A DNA stretch of 64,000 bases. It comes from Patescibacteria group bacterium (GTDB lineage Bacteria > Patescibacteriota > CPR2 > UBA1875 > CAIMLA01). The DNA is taken from contig JBGSPL010000003.1 in assembly GCA_041738615.1 (NCBI GenBank), forward strand, positions 24,708 to 88,707, read 5' to 3'. Below are positions 10,473 to 20,081 of this stretch, piece by piece. The translations under genes and the position numbers were made by a program. The notes beneath the pieces are model-generated. The model worked only from the letters and a program-made list of their open reading frames with translations, had not been told where the DNA came from and made no database searches. Each line of letters begins with the position of its first letter. Position 1 is the first letter of the stretch.

Positions 10473-12035
10473 CTATTTTTCGAGCTCTAGCCGCGGGAAA
10501 AGCTGCGCTGGCTTAGTCACTTTCTGTCCTACCGGCAGGATAGACCAAGAATCCTTGATATTTGGCTCCGCTGCCAGCAGCCCCTTGATACCGAGTGATT
10601 TTGCAATCGCAAGTGAAGTACGAGGCATTACGGGATAAATCATCCAAGCGAGCTGGTGAATGCCCTCGAGAAGTCCCACGACTACCCATTTTAAATCATC
10701 TGTCTCCCCCGTTTTGGCAAGCTGCCACGGCCGAAGTTCCTCTATATACTGATCGCATGTTTTCACAAATGCTTCGATAGTTGCTAGGGCGTCTCCAAAA
10801 CGAAGCTCAGCAATTGATCTATCGTATTCTGCATATGTCTTCTTCCAATTCCAGATATCCTCTCCTACTCGCAGTAGATGCTCATCTGGGTGACGCTCTA
10901 CCTTTGGCACCACCCCATCACAGTATTTCTCTACCATAGTGACGACGCGCGAGACCAAGTTGCCAATACCATTCGCGAGGTCATAGTTGTAGCGTTCTGC
11001 AATCTTGGTCTCAGAAATGTCTCCGTCGGTACCGTAAGGTAAAGCACGCAAGACGGAATAACGAACGGCGTCTGAGCCAAACTTCTCCACTAACTCATGT
11101 GGTCGCAGTACATTACCAATTGATTTACTCATCTTTTTTCCATCAACTGTAAAGTAACCGTGAACGTAAAGTTGCTTCGTTGTCGGTAGTTTTAGAGCGA
11201 GAAGCATGGCTTGCCAAATAGTTGCGTGAACTCTAGCAATATCCTTTGCCATTAGCTGTACGTCCGCAGGCCAGAATTTCTCGGCAAGCTTGATCTCTTT
11301 TGGCCATCCAAGTCCTGTTAAATAATTTAGGAAAGCATCAATCCAAACATAAGTTGTCTGGGTCTCGTCGAAAGGCAAATCAATCCCCCAGGAAACATTT
11401 TCCTTCTTTCGGGAGACTGCCACATCGTCAAGGCCACCGCGAACGAATGCTAGGATTTCGTTCTTCCGCTCGACGGGCAAAATCTGGATTTCGTCCTCTG
11501 AAATCAGCTGTTCCAACCTGTCTTGGTACTTAGATAAGGCAAAAAGATACGCCTCCTCCTCGTGGATTTCGCATTCACGATTGTGATCTGGACAAACCTT
11601 GCCATCCACAAGCTCAGAAATAGTCTTGTATTGCTCACAACCTACGCAGTAAAGTGCCTGGTAAGAGCCTTTGTAAATGTCGCCCTGATCGTAAAGCTTC
11701 TGTGTGACCCACCTTACCGCTTCCTCATGTTGAGGGTCGGTGGTTCGTAAGAAGTTATCATATGTTATGTCCAAAGACTTCCAAGCGGTTTTAAATTTGG
11801 CCGCCACATCGTCGGTAAACTGCTTCGGATTCTGCCCGTTAGTCTCAGCAATCTCCTGAATTTTGGCGCCATGCTCGTCGGTACCCGTCATAAAGAAGAC
11901 ATTCTCCTTGCCATAGGCTAGACGATAATAACGAGCGAGCACGTCTGCCACTGTTGAGGTGTAGACGTGGCCAATGTGGGGCTCTGCGTTGACATAATAT
12001 ATCGGAGTTGTAACATAAAATTTATTTTTTGGCAT
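10473..12035 (-). CDS. metG: Methionyl-tRNA synthetase
   Basis: YVTTPIYYVN, HIGH, GTDEHG, KMSKS. Confidence 0.97.
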   Translation of the reverse strand: MPKNKFYVTTPIYYVNAEPHIGHVYTSTVADVLARYYRLAYGKENVFFMTGTDEHGAKIQEIAETNGQNPKQFTDDVAAKFKTAWKSLDITYDNFLRTTDPQHEEAVRWVTQKLYDQGDIYKGSYQALYCVGCEQYKTISELVDGKVCPDHNRECEIHEEEAYLFALSKYQDRLEQLISEDEIQILPVERKNEILAFVRGGLDDVAVSRKKENVSWGIDLPFDETQTTYVWIDAFLNYLTGLGWPKEIKLAEKFWPADVQLMAKDIARVHATIWQAMLLALKLPTTKQLYVHGYFTVDGKKMSKSIGNVLRPHELVEKFGSDAVRYSVLRALPYGTDGDISETKIAERYNYDLANGIGNLVSRVVTMVEKYCDGVVPKVERHPDEHLLRVGEDIWNWKKTYAEYDRSIAELRFGDALATIEAFVKTCDQYIEELRPWQLAKTGETDDLKWVVVGLLEGIHQLAWMIYPVMPRTSLAIAKSLGIKGLLAAEPNIKDSWSILPVGQKVTKPAQLFPRLELEK

Positions 12036-12624
12036 TTTCTCTCTCGATTATCGCTTCTAATTCCTGTTTCGCCTGATCCTGGCTCGTAAATTGTATAACA
12101 TTCATGCCTAGCTCGCTAGCAGCATCAGTGTTTCGCAACTTGTCGTCAATAAATACTACTTCACTAGGCTCCAGCCCAAGCTTATCGATAACGAAATGAA
12201 AGGCGCCTGGATGAGGCTTGAATTCCCCTATCACCGAGGAATAATAGATTCTATCCTCAAAAAACCGTTCATAGTGCCAAAGCTCAGAATCGTTTATTGA
12301 AAAATTACCAAAATCGTTCGAAAGCATAGCCAGTATAAACCCCCTCTGTTTTAGATCCTGAAGCCAGTCTTCGCTGCCGCTGTACAGTGCTGGTATTTCC
12401 ATCATTTTTTCAATACCTTCATCGAAACCGGTGTATGCACGTAATTTCACAAGGAACTCTGAGACATTAATTTCCCCTCGCAGTGTTTGCTGCGTGAATT
12501 CCCGGATACCTAGCAGAAACTCGTCTTTTGTGACTCCCATACGACTGCTGGCCATCAATAAGTAATCTAACCAGGTGTCTTCTACCAGCACACCGCCGTT
12601 GTCAAAAATAATCGCCTTAATCAC
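12022..12624 (-). CDS. HAD family phosphatase (YihX-like)
   Basis: IFDNGGVL, LSND, KP, FIDD..N. Likely start is GTG 12624 (SD GGAGG), overlapping the upstream TGA. Confidence 0.85.
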   Translation of the reverse strand: MIKAIIFDNGGVLVEDTWLDYLLMASSRMGVTKDEFLLGIREFTQQTLRGEINVSEFLVKLRAYTGFDEGIEKMMEIPALYSGSEDWLQDLKQRGFILAMLSNDFGNFSINDSELWHYERFFEDRIYYSSVIGEFKPHPGAFHFVIDKLGLEPSEVVFIDDKLRNTDAASELGMNVIQFTSQDQAKQELEAIIERENAKK

Positions 12625-13226
12625 AGGTTCACCTCCAAAATCTTTGCTAAATCCTCCCTGCATTGCTCTGGAGAATGGAATAATATAGTTTTCATACCTA
12701 GTTCCCGCGCTGGCACTAGGTTTGCTTCACGGTCATCGACGAAGATAACCTCCCCTGGATTTACCCCGAGTCTTTCGGTTGCATACTGGTAAAAATCTGT
12801 GTCAGGCTTTGCGAGATGTAGCTTAGAAGAAACAAAAACCTTGTCCTCCTCGAATATCTCCTCGTAATTCCACAGGTTCTCGTTCAAGGTGTCGAAACAA
12901 TCAACAAAGTTTGTGAGCAGTGCCAAATCATATTTTCCCTTCAATGAGAGCAGAAGTTCTCGCATTTCCTGCTTTGGCTGATAGCAGGAAAGTAATATCT
13001 CCCACAATTCTTGGGGTTGATACTTCTTCCTGAGAGTTGTAGCCAAACGCTCAAAAAATTCCTCTGTGGTAATCGCTCCACGGTCCGCTGCCTCAACAAC
13101 TTTGTGAAATATCGGACGTAGATACTCGGTATCAACGCCAAAATAGTCCGCAAATCGAGGCACAGTCGTGTCGTTGTCGCATGAAGTAAGAACCCCGTTG
13201 TTGTCAAAAATAATCGCCTTGATCAT
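12621..13226 (-). CDS. HAD family phosphatase (YihX-like), tandem paralog
   Basis: IFDNNGVL, LTN, KPD, FVDD..N. Confidence 0.85.
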   Translation of the reverse strand: MIKAIIFDNNGVLTSCDNDTTVPRFADYFGVDTEYLRPIFHKVVEAADRGAITTEEFFERLATTLRKKYQPQELWEILLSCYQPKQEMRELLLSLKGKYDLALLTNFVDCFDTLNENLWNYEEIFEEDKVFVSSKLHLAKPDTDFYQYATERLGVNPGEVIFVDDREANLVPARELGMKTILFHSPEQCREDLAKILEVNL

Positions 13227-13882
13227 TTGGCCGACTCCAGAATGACTACGAATTCACCCTTCTCTTTGATTTTGGGTAAAACTTCGCTGATTTTACCCCT
13301 ATATGTTTCCTCAAATTTCTTCGTGAGCTCCCTCGAGACCGAAACTTCCCGATCTCCTACAAATTCTAGGAGCTCAGTAAGCAACTTGTTGATCCGAAAT
13401 GGTGATTCGTACAAAATAGTTGTTCGGTTGATAAGCGCAATTTCCTTAAGCTTTGTTTGCCTTCCCTTCTTATGGGGCAGAAAGCCGATAAACACAAATT
13501 CATCGGTGCTAAGTCCGGAAACTGAAAGTGCCGTTACGGCAGCCGAAACGCCAGGAATAGGCACGACATCAATGCTATTTTCTATCGCGGCACGGATTAG
13601 AAACTCTCCTGGATCGCTAATCCCTGGTGTACCTGCATCGGTAACCAGCGCAACGTTTTTGCCCTCCAGAATTGAGCTAATTATTTGTTCAACCTTGCTG
13701 TCCCGCGAGTGCTGATGATAGCTTACAAGAGGCTTCTTGATATCAAAATGATTGAGCAGCTGCAGGGTGTGACGGGTATCCTCACAGGCTATCACGTCTG
13801 CTGACTTTAGGGTGTCTAGTGCGCGTAAAGTAATATCGCCTAAATTCCCTATCGGTGTGGATACTACATACAGAGTTCCCAT
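13223..13882 (-). CDS. rsmI: 16S rRNA C1402 2'-O-methyltransferase
   Basis: LYVVSTPIGNLGDIT, CEDTR, DAGTPGISDPG, RELTK. Confidence 0.95.
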   Translation of the reverse strand: MGTLYVVSTPIGNLGDITLRALDTLKSADVIACEDTRHTLQLLNHFDIKKPLVSYHQHSRDSKVEQIISSILEGKNVALVTDAGTPGISDPGEFLIRAAIENSIDVVPIPGVSAAVTALSVSGLSTDEFVFIGFLPHKKGRQTKLKEIALINRTTILYESPFRINKLLTELLEFVGDREVSVSRELTKKFEETYRGKISEVLPKIKEKGEFVVILESAK

Positions 13883-14151
13883 TAGCGGATCTCGAATCCT
13901 TTTTCCAGTTTAGTAGGCTTCTCTTCCACGACTTCTACCTCGTCTACAGTAGCAAGTGGAGAGCCTTCCTTCGCCCACCTAGCAAAAGAATCTACGGCCT
14001 TATCTTCGCCTTCGGCAATCATGAAGACGCTTCCGTTGGGCTCGTTACGACACCATCCGTCTATAGCAAGTTTGTCAGCTTCTTTTTTTGCGTTATAGCG
14101 GAAGAATACTCCCTGTACGTCGCCGCTAACAACAATCTTTACCCTCTTCAT
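13882..14151 (-). CDS. acyP: Acylphosphatase
   Basis: VSGDVQGVFFR, GWCRN..GSV. Confidence 0.92.
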   Translation of the reverse strand: MKRVKIVVSGDVQGVFFRYNAKKEADKLAIDGWCRNEPNGSVFMIAEGEDKAVDSFARWAKEGSPLATVDEVEVVEEKPTKLEKGFEIR

Positions 14152-14159
14152 ACGCCTCC

Positions 14160-14993
14160 TTAACTTTTATAGATTTCGGTATATACGTTATATAAATTAT
14201 ACCAGTCCATCATAGTAAGGCCCTCTGCCCTGGTCATCGGGTTTATACCCGCTTTATTTAGCATCTCTTCTACGATATCCCGTTGAAGCAACAGACCACC
14301 GCTGAGTGAGTTGATGAGTTGCTTTCTTTTTTCGTGGAATCCTGCCTTCACGATGCGAAAGAAAATGCGCTTGTCGACATCAAAAAGTGGTTTCTTGTAC
14401 ACACGGATTTTTAGAATTGCTGAGTCCACCTTGGGTGCGGGGAAAAAGGCGGTACGCGGTACCACCTCAACTATAGTGGGGTTGCCGTAAAATTGAACCG
14501 AAACCGCAAGCACACTCATTCGAGATGGTTTAGCGCAGATCCTCTCGGCAACCTCGCGCTGAATTAGTAAAACCATCTCTTCTGGTTTGTTATCTGATTC
14601 TAGAAAAAGTCGAATGATTGCACTGGTAATGTAGTAAGGGACATTGGCGACAACCTTGTAATCGCCTAGCTCATCGGTATTGTATTTGAGTACATCGACA
14701 TTCTCCACACGCAAGTTCGTGTGTTTGATACAGCTAGTTTTGACGATTGCTATCATCGAACGATCTAGCTCGAGAGCCACCACTTCCTTGGCCTTTTTAC
14801 AGAGCTCCTTGGTAAGAATCCCCATGCCGGGGCCAACCTCGACAACCCTATCGTTTTCTTGGACATCGGCAGCCTCTACTATTGCCTCCAAGGAGTGCTG
14901 GTCTACTAGAAAATGCTGACCGAGGTCCTTATTGGCGTAAGCGCCGTAGGCCTTTAGAGTTTTCTTGATTTCGGTTATATCGGTAAGATCCAT
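14160..14993 (-). CDS. rsmA: 16S rRNA adenine dimethyltransferase KsgA
   Basis: LGQHFL, EVGPGMG, ANVPYYIT, PKVDS. Confidence 0.95.
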   Translation of the reverse strand: MDLTDITEIKKTLKAYGAYANKDLGQHFLVDQHSLEAIVEAADVQENDRVVEVGPGMGILTKELCKKAKEVVALELDRSMIAIVKTSCIKHTNLRVENVDVLKYNTDELGDYKVVANVPYYITSAIIRLFLESDNKPEEMVLLIQREVAERICAKPSRMSVLAVSVQFYGNPTIVEVVPRTAFFPAPKVDSAILKIRVYKKPLFDVDKRIFFRIVKAGFHEKRKQLINSLSGGLLLQRDIVEEMLNKAGINPMTRAEGLTMMDWYNLYNVYTEIYKS

Positions 14994-15015
14994 AAAAAAA
15001 GGCCCTTTCGGGGCT
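14994..15015 (-). terminator. Intrinsic terminator-like hairpin abutting rsmA start codon
   Basis: Minus strand AGCCCCGAAAGGGCC-TTTTTTT-ATG. Confidence 0.55.
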
Positions 15016-15050
15016 AATTATATCGTAATTCGTGCTCAGAGTCTATGAGA

Positions 15051-16235
15051 TTACGGCTTACAACCCCAAGCTGACCAACCGTTTTGGCTGACACGTAGCG
15101 CTGTAGCATAAATTTGCGCGGTACCATCGTTGATACTTGCGCCTGGATAGCCGGCTTTGGCAGACCAGGAATAGAAAGAGCCATCCCACTGGAATAATCC
15201 CTGGTAGGTGGTTCCCGAGTACGGGTTCCCACCGCTTTCACAAATCATGACATTGTACATGCCGACTGGGTCAACTCCGTATTTTTGCCCAGCAGCCACG
15301 ATAGTCTCCCACCACATGCCCGCATTGTATGGTTTTACTCCAAATATTGTGATTTGGGTTTGTGGCTCAGAAAGTACTGTCGTCGACGTGACCTCTCGGG
15401 AAATCTCGGTGCCATTGTGGTAAACGATGTGCAGCATCTGCTTCTTGCTGCCGTTTACTCCGGCCTGAGTTACCTTGGTTTGCCCTTTATACATGTCGTA
15501 GCTACTCTGTGACACGGTCTGGAAGGCCACTGGCACTGTTTCCTCAACATCTGCATAGTTTACGCGAGTAACCTCTATCTGCCCACTGACAGGGGCGAGT
15601 GCATCCCTAGCTGGGTCCGTAAGGTCGTTCTGATTGAGTTTGATGCCAGCGTCGGTCAGCACTTGCAATACTGTCTTGCTCCAGCTATGAACTACGTTCT
15701 TCAACCCATCAACTGAGACGGTATAAACAGGGGCGCGCTTGATAGAAATCTTCTGGCCGGCCATATTTTCTTCCACTGGGTTCCAGATAAGCTCGGTGCT
15801 GACGATATCTGCCTTGTCGGTCTCGATTCCTAGCTGCTTCAAGATATCTGCTGTGGATGTATACGCACTCCGTCCCACCCAGGACTGCCCGTTGTCACTA
15901 ACAAGTACCGGCTGCGAGGGAACGAGAGACACAGACAATTCTCCCCCGATCAAAGTCGTTGCGAGTGGTGGATTCGTAATGTCGTTCTTGCCAAGCTTGA
16001 TCCCGTGCATGGTAAGGGCGTTGGCCAGGGTATTCTCATGGGTACCAAAAGTGGCCGTTTTCCCGTTTGCAGTATAGTGAACAGTGGTCTCAATACTACC
16101 GACTACGCTCTCTGCACTTACCTGCTGCGAAAGGGCCGCTATCAGGATAAATGACATACAAAAGACCGCCAAATAGGCGTTTTTACACTTTTGGTGGAGG
16201 CTTTGGAGGGTATTTGTACTGAGGGTTATCTTCAA
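15051..16235 (-). CDS. RpfB/YabE-like cell-wall protein (DUF348 repeats, G5, lysozyme-like domain)
   Basis: Signal anchor, ubiquitin-like DUF348 repeats, G5 'TQAGVNGSK', C-terminal ICESGGN...YQGLFQW...GWSAW.C; adjacent to rsmA. Confidence 0.82.
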   Translation of the reverse strand: MKITLSTNTLQSLHQKCKNAYLAVFCMSFILIAALSQQVSAESVVGSIETTVHYTANGKTATFGTHENTLANALTMHGIKLGKNDITNPPLATTLIGGELSVSLVPSQPVLVSDNGQSWVGRSAYTSTADILKQLGIETDKADIVSTELIWNPVEENMAGQKISIKRAPVYTVSVDGLKNVVHSWSKTVLQVLTDAGIKLNQNDLTDPARDALAPVSGQIEVTRVNYADVEETVPVAFQTVSQSSYDMYKGQTKVTQAGVNGSKKQMLHIVYHNGTEISREVTSTTVLSEPQTQITIFGVKPYNAGMWWETIVAAGQKYGVDPVGMYNVMICESGGNPYSGTTYQGLFQWDGSFYSWSAKAGYPGASINDGTAQIYATALRVSQNGWSAWGCKP

Positions 16236-16323
16236 AATTTAGAAACTTTTCTTAACGCAGATGACATTGTATGACGGATGGAGAAGCCTGTCAATGTTTG
16301 TACACAGGCCTCCCCCTGAGTGG

Positions 16324-16794
16324 TTATAAATCCAGAAAATAGATGTCCGAATCTTCGTTTCTATCGTTTGTAGTATGCTCTAGAAAGGTCCAACCTAGTT
16401 TTTCGTATAAACCCTGAGCTTTCTCGGTATGAAGATAGAGGCGCCGGATCCCCAAGTCTCTCGCCCTCTCCACAACTTCCGTCACAAGTCTGGTCGCCAC
16501 TCCTTGTTTTCGAAATTCCGGCTTCACGAGAACCCCTATCACCCATGGTGTTAGCTCCGGTCTTTTTTCTAGGTCGTGCTCCGAGAGGCCGGCAGAACCC
16601 ATCAGCTCATGTCCCCGATGTGCAACTAGGACAAAGGGGATTTTCCCAACGTTTAACCTGGTGCGATACTTCCGTTTCTTTTTTTCTATGTAGCTAGGAT
16701 CGGTACAGGACCCCCACTCTCGCAACCAAAGTAAGGCAAGATCATCAAAGAACTCCTGCTTCTCCCCGAGATAATCAATCTCAAAACCAGACAT
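16324..16794 (-). CDS. GNAT N-acetyltransferase
   Basis: VLVKPEFRKQGVAT acetyl-CoA motif; LYEKLGW. Confidence 0.88.
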   Translation of the reverse strand: MSGFEIDYLGEKQEFFDDLALLWLREWGSCTDPSYIEKKKRKYRTRLNVGKIPFVLVAHRGHELMGSAGLSEHDLEKRPELTPWVIGVLVKPEFRKQGVATRLVTEVVERARDLGIRRLYLHTEKAQGLYEKLGWTFLEHTTNDRNEDSDIYFLDL

Positions 16795-16798
16795 TTTG

Positions 16799-18964
16799 CT
16801 ACACCTTCTTTAGCTTTGCATAGCTTAGAGAAAGCCACTTGATACCATAGTCATCAAAGTGGACGGTGACTTCATCATCATCAATCTCCGTGACTTTGCC
16901 TTCGCCAAAGTCCTCATGGGAAACTTTGTCCCCGACATTCAGATAACCACTAAGGGATTCCTCCGCTACCTGCCCGAGCCGAGGCTCGTTCGGGCGGGCG
17001 GTCGGAATGACAGTAGAAGAAGATGAGGTCGAACCAGGAAGAATACTCTCATATCCGGTCATCAGATGGCTCGGAATGTCGGCCAGGAAACGACTCGGTG
17101 AATTACTAAGTGTCTTGCCGTAAAGCATACGAGTATTTGCAAGCGTAAAATAAAGACGTTCGCGGGCACGTGTAATCCCCACGTAGCAAAGACGACGTTC
17201 TTCCTCTAGCTGCTCATTGTCGTAGCTACTATTGGCATGGGGAAAGAGATTCTCCTCCATTCCGGCCATAAAGACAGCCTTGAACTCTAGTCCCTTAGCA
17301 GCATGGAGTGTCATTAGCGTAATCGCCTCTTCGTCTGGGTTCCAGTTATCGATATCTGCGACGAGCGCCATCTCCTCTAGAAATTCCTCCAGCTTAGCGT
17401 CAGAGTGCGCATTTACGTATTCCACTGCTACGGAGAGTAACTCACGTACATTTTCTACCCGTTCGTCACCTGTAGTAGTGCCGTCGCGAAGGTATTCCTC
17501 GTAGCCACTCTTTTTAATCACAAGCCCTACCAACTCTGGTAGAGTCTCGACCTCAGCAGATCGTCGAAAAACCTCGAGCAATCTGGCAAAATCAGTCAGC
17601 GCTGCCGTCTGCTTGGGTCCCAGACCCATCTGCGGCACTCTGTCAAGCAAAGTCGAGATATGTAAATTGTTTAGCCGGCCGAAATCTATAAGCTTCTTCA
17701 GTGTGGTATCCCCGATTCCTCTACCGGGGACGTTGATAATCCGCTCAAAGGCAACCCAGTCACTGTCGGAGCTTATCACCCGCAGGTAACCAACAATATC
17801 TTTAATCTCCTTGCGCTCAAAGAAGCGAAAACCGCCGATAATGCGGTATGGTACGCGAAAACGGACAAACTCGGACTCTATAGAGCGCGACTGCGCGTTA
17901 GTCCTGTATAACACCACAATATCGCTAAGCTTGTAGTCATCTTCGCGAACTAGGCGTTCTGACTCGCGAATAATGGTCTGTGCTTCGTTGTGCTCATCAT
18001 AGGCGTCTATAGTAACTATAGGGATCCCGGCCTCGTTCTGCGTAAATAGTTTCTTGTCGCTCCGATTCTCGTTCTTTGTAATCACATGATGGGCAGCATC
18101 AAGGATTACCTTTGTCGAACGATAGTTTTCCTCGAGCTTGACGACCTTGGCGCTCGGCCAATCGCGCTCAAAATCTAGAATGTTGCGAAAGTTGGCACCG
18201 CGCCAAGAGTATATAGATTGCCAATCGTCCCCCACCACACAGAGATTCTGACTCTCGGCCGCCAAGAGCTTGGCGAACATATATTGAGCGTGATTGGTGT
18301 CCTGGTACTCGTCGATATGGATATATTTCCAACACTTTTGGTACTTCGCCAAAACTTCTGGGAATTTCTGGAAAAGAACTACCGTTTGCATCAGGAGGTC
18401 ATCGAAATCCAGCGCGTCATTTCTTTTCAGGTTTTCTTGATAAAGGGGGTAAACTTTTGCCGCGATCTCTTGGAAATATCCACTGGCAACCGTAACGTAT
18501 TTCTCTGGCGTCATTAGCTCATTTTTGGCACTCGAAATATAGGTAAGAAATGTGGATGCCGATGCCTTCTTATCTTCGATGACGACCTGATTCATCGCCT
18601 GCTTCATCGCCGACTGTGAATCCGCAGTGTCAAAGATGGTAAAACTACGCTTGTAGCCGAGATAGTGACCGTCCTCTCTCATGATTCGAGCGCAAATAGA
18701 GTGAAAGGTGCCCATAGTAGGCTGAGCGCTACCGCCAACGAGTGTGGCAACTCTGGCCTTCATTTCCTTGGCGGCCTTGTTGGTAAAGGTCACCGCAAGG
18801 ATGCTGTCTGGGGCCATTCCCTTTTCGCGAATAAGATAAGCCACGCGGTGAGTAAGGGCCTTTGTCTTGCCACTACCCGCTCCCGCTAAAATTAAAACTG
18901 GCCCCTCTGTGGCCAGAACCGCTTCTACTTGTGAGTCATTTAAACCTTTTAGAATATCTTGCAT
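16799..18964 (-). CDS. pcrA: UvrD/PcrA DNA helicase
   Basis: AGAGSGKT, DEYQDTN, GDDWQSIY, TLHAAKGLEF, EERRLCYVGITRA. Confidence 0.95.
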   Translation of the reverse strand: MQDILKGLNDSQVEAVLATEGPVLILAGAGSGKTKALTHRVAYLIREKGMAPDSILAVTFTNKAAKEMKARVATLVGGSAQPTMGTFHSICARIMREDGHYLGYKRSFTIFDTADSQSAMKQAMNQVVIEDKKASASTFLTYISSAKNELMTPEKYVTVASGYFQEIAAKVYPLYQENLKRNDALDFDDLLMQTVVLFQKFPEVLAKYQKCWKYIHIDEYQDTNHAQYMFAKLLAAESQNLCVVGDDWQSIYSWRGANFRNILDFERDWPSAKVVKLEENYRSTKVILDAAHHVITKNENRSDKKLFTQNEAGIPIVTIDAYDEHNEAQTIIRESERLVREDDYKLSDIVVLYRTNAQSRSIESEFVRFRVPYRIIGGFRFFERKEIKDIVGYLRVISSDSDWVAFERIINVPGRGIGDTTLKKLIDFGRLNNLHISTLLDRVPQMGLGPKQTAALTDFARLLEVFRRSAEVETLPELVGLVIKKSGYEEYLRDGTTTGDERVENVRELLSVAVEYVNAHSDAKLEEFLEEMALVADIDNWNPDEEAITLMTLHAAKGLEFKAVFMAGMEENLFPHANSSYDNEQLEEERRLCYVGITRARERLYFTLANTRMLYGKTLSNSPSRFLADIPSHLMTGYESILPGSTSSSSTVIPTARPNEPRLGQVAEESLSGYLNVGDKVSHEDFGEGKVTEIDDDEVTVHFDDYGIKWLSLSYAKLKKV

Positions 18965-19008
18965 TATTTAATTATACGGGAAAAACGACAGCAAAAAAAG
19001 TAGAGACA

Positions 19009-19257
19009 CTAGCGATACTTTAGTTTATACAGAATGATTGCCCCTACGATAAAGACAGAAACTATATTGGCGATGATTATAGGACTTGAACCAATAAGTA
19101 CACCGTAAACCAGCCAAAGCAAGATCCCCAGAAAAGACATGGAGAACATTAGCAGGGAAAGATCTTTTGTATGCTTCGTCTTCATTATCTTAATAAGCTG
19201 AGGAACCGCAGCAAACGTAGTTAGCAGGGCCGCTAAATAACCAAGTAGCTCGATCAT
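19009..19257 (-). CDS. SemiSWEET sugar transporter
   Basis: 82 aa, 3 TM helices, PQ motif, 'TKDLS', 'WLVYG', 'ANIV'. Confidence 0.9.
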   Translation of the reverse strand: MIELLGYLAALLTTFAAVPQLIKIMKTKHTKDLSLLMFSMSFLGILLWLVYGVLIGSSPIIIANIVSVFIVGAIILYKLKYR

Positions 19258-19497
19258 CTAATCCTTAACTCTTATGGCCATGTCGGGGCAAATTTTCTCG
19301 CACAGTTTGCACTCAATACAATTTTTGACGTCACATTTTATAGTTGGCCTACCAAAGTGACCCAGGACACTATCATCCCAGCTGAGCACCTGCTTAGGAC
19401 ACACCTCGATACAAAGCCCACAACTCTTACATTGTTCTGGAAACTGGACCCAAACCTTGGCCTTATCTTCAAATTTTTTGATTGTGTGTTTACTCAT
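19258..19497 (-). CDS. 2x[4Fe-4S] ferredoxin, oxidoreductase delta subunit
   Basis: CKSCGLCIEVCP and CIECKLCEKICP. Confidence 0.92.
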   Translation of the reverse strand: MSKHTIKKFEDKAKVWVQFPEQCKSCGLCIEVCPKQVLSWDDSVLGHFGRPTIKCDVKNCIECKLCEKICPDMAIRVKD

Positions 19498-20081
19498 CTT
19501 TTCCTACCGACTGGCTCATATGCTTCCCTGGCAAGTTTCTCGCCATACTCCAAAGCCTTTTTGTTCAAATTGCGCAACTGTGGTTTTTGTTTGTATTTGT
19601 ACCCCAGTACTTCCTCGAGGGCGGTCTCCACCTGCCTTCGGGATAACAGATGAATCTCCGATAGTAACGCTCCCGCGAGCACCATATTGAAGACTGCTGG
19701 AGAAAGCTTACTGGACGCTATGCTTGTTGCCGGTATAGCCAGCTTCTCCGCCGACACATCCCTAAGCTCAGAACCGGTGATAAGATCGCTGTCGTATATG
19801 TACAGAGTATCTTCTCCGATATATTCACTCACCCTATCAATTGCCCGATCCCTCATGTTCACAATGATATCTGCTTTTTCGAACTTCGGAAAACCAATTA
19901 CCTCTTTGCCTAGCTGCAAAAAGCCTAGAGAAACCCCTCCACGTTGTTCCACACCATAATTGGGCATATACACCACGTTCAGGTCGGCCTCGAAGGCAGC
20001 CCTCGTTAGGACGTGGCAAAGAGCTTGGACCCCTTGCCCTCCCTCTCCTGCAATAAGTATCTTGTAGTGATTCTTAACCAT
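19494..20081 (-). CDS. 2-oxoacid:ferredoxin oxidoreductase gamma subunit
   Basis: AGEGGQGV, YGVEQRGG, NMVLAGAL. Confidence 0.92.
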   Translation of the reverse strand: MVKNHYKILIAGEGGQGVQALCHVLTRAAFEADLNVVYMPNYGVEQRGGVSLGFLQLGKEVIGFPKFEKADIIVNMRDRAIDRVSEYIGEDTLYIYDSDLITGSELRDVSAEKLAIPATSIASSKLSPAVFNMVLAGALLSEIHLLSRRQVETALEEVLGYKYKQKPQLRNLNKKALEYGEKLAREAYEPVGRKR

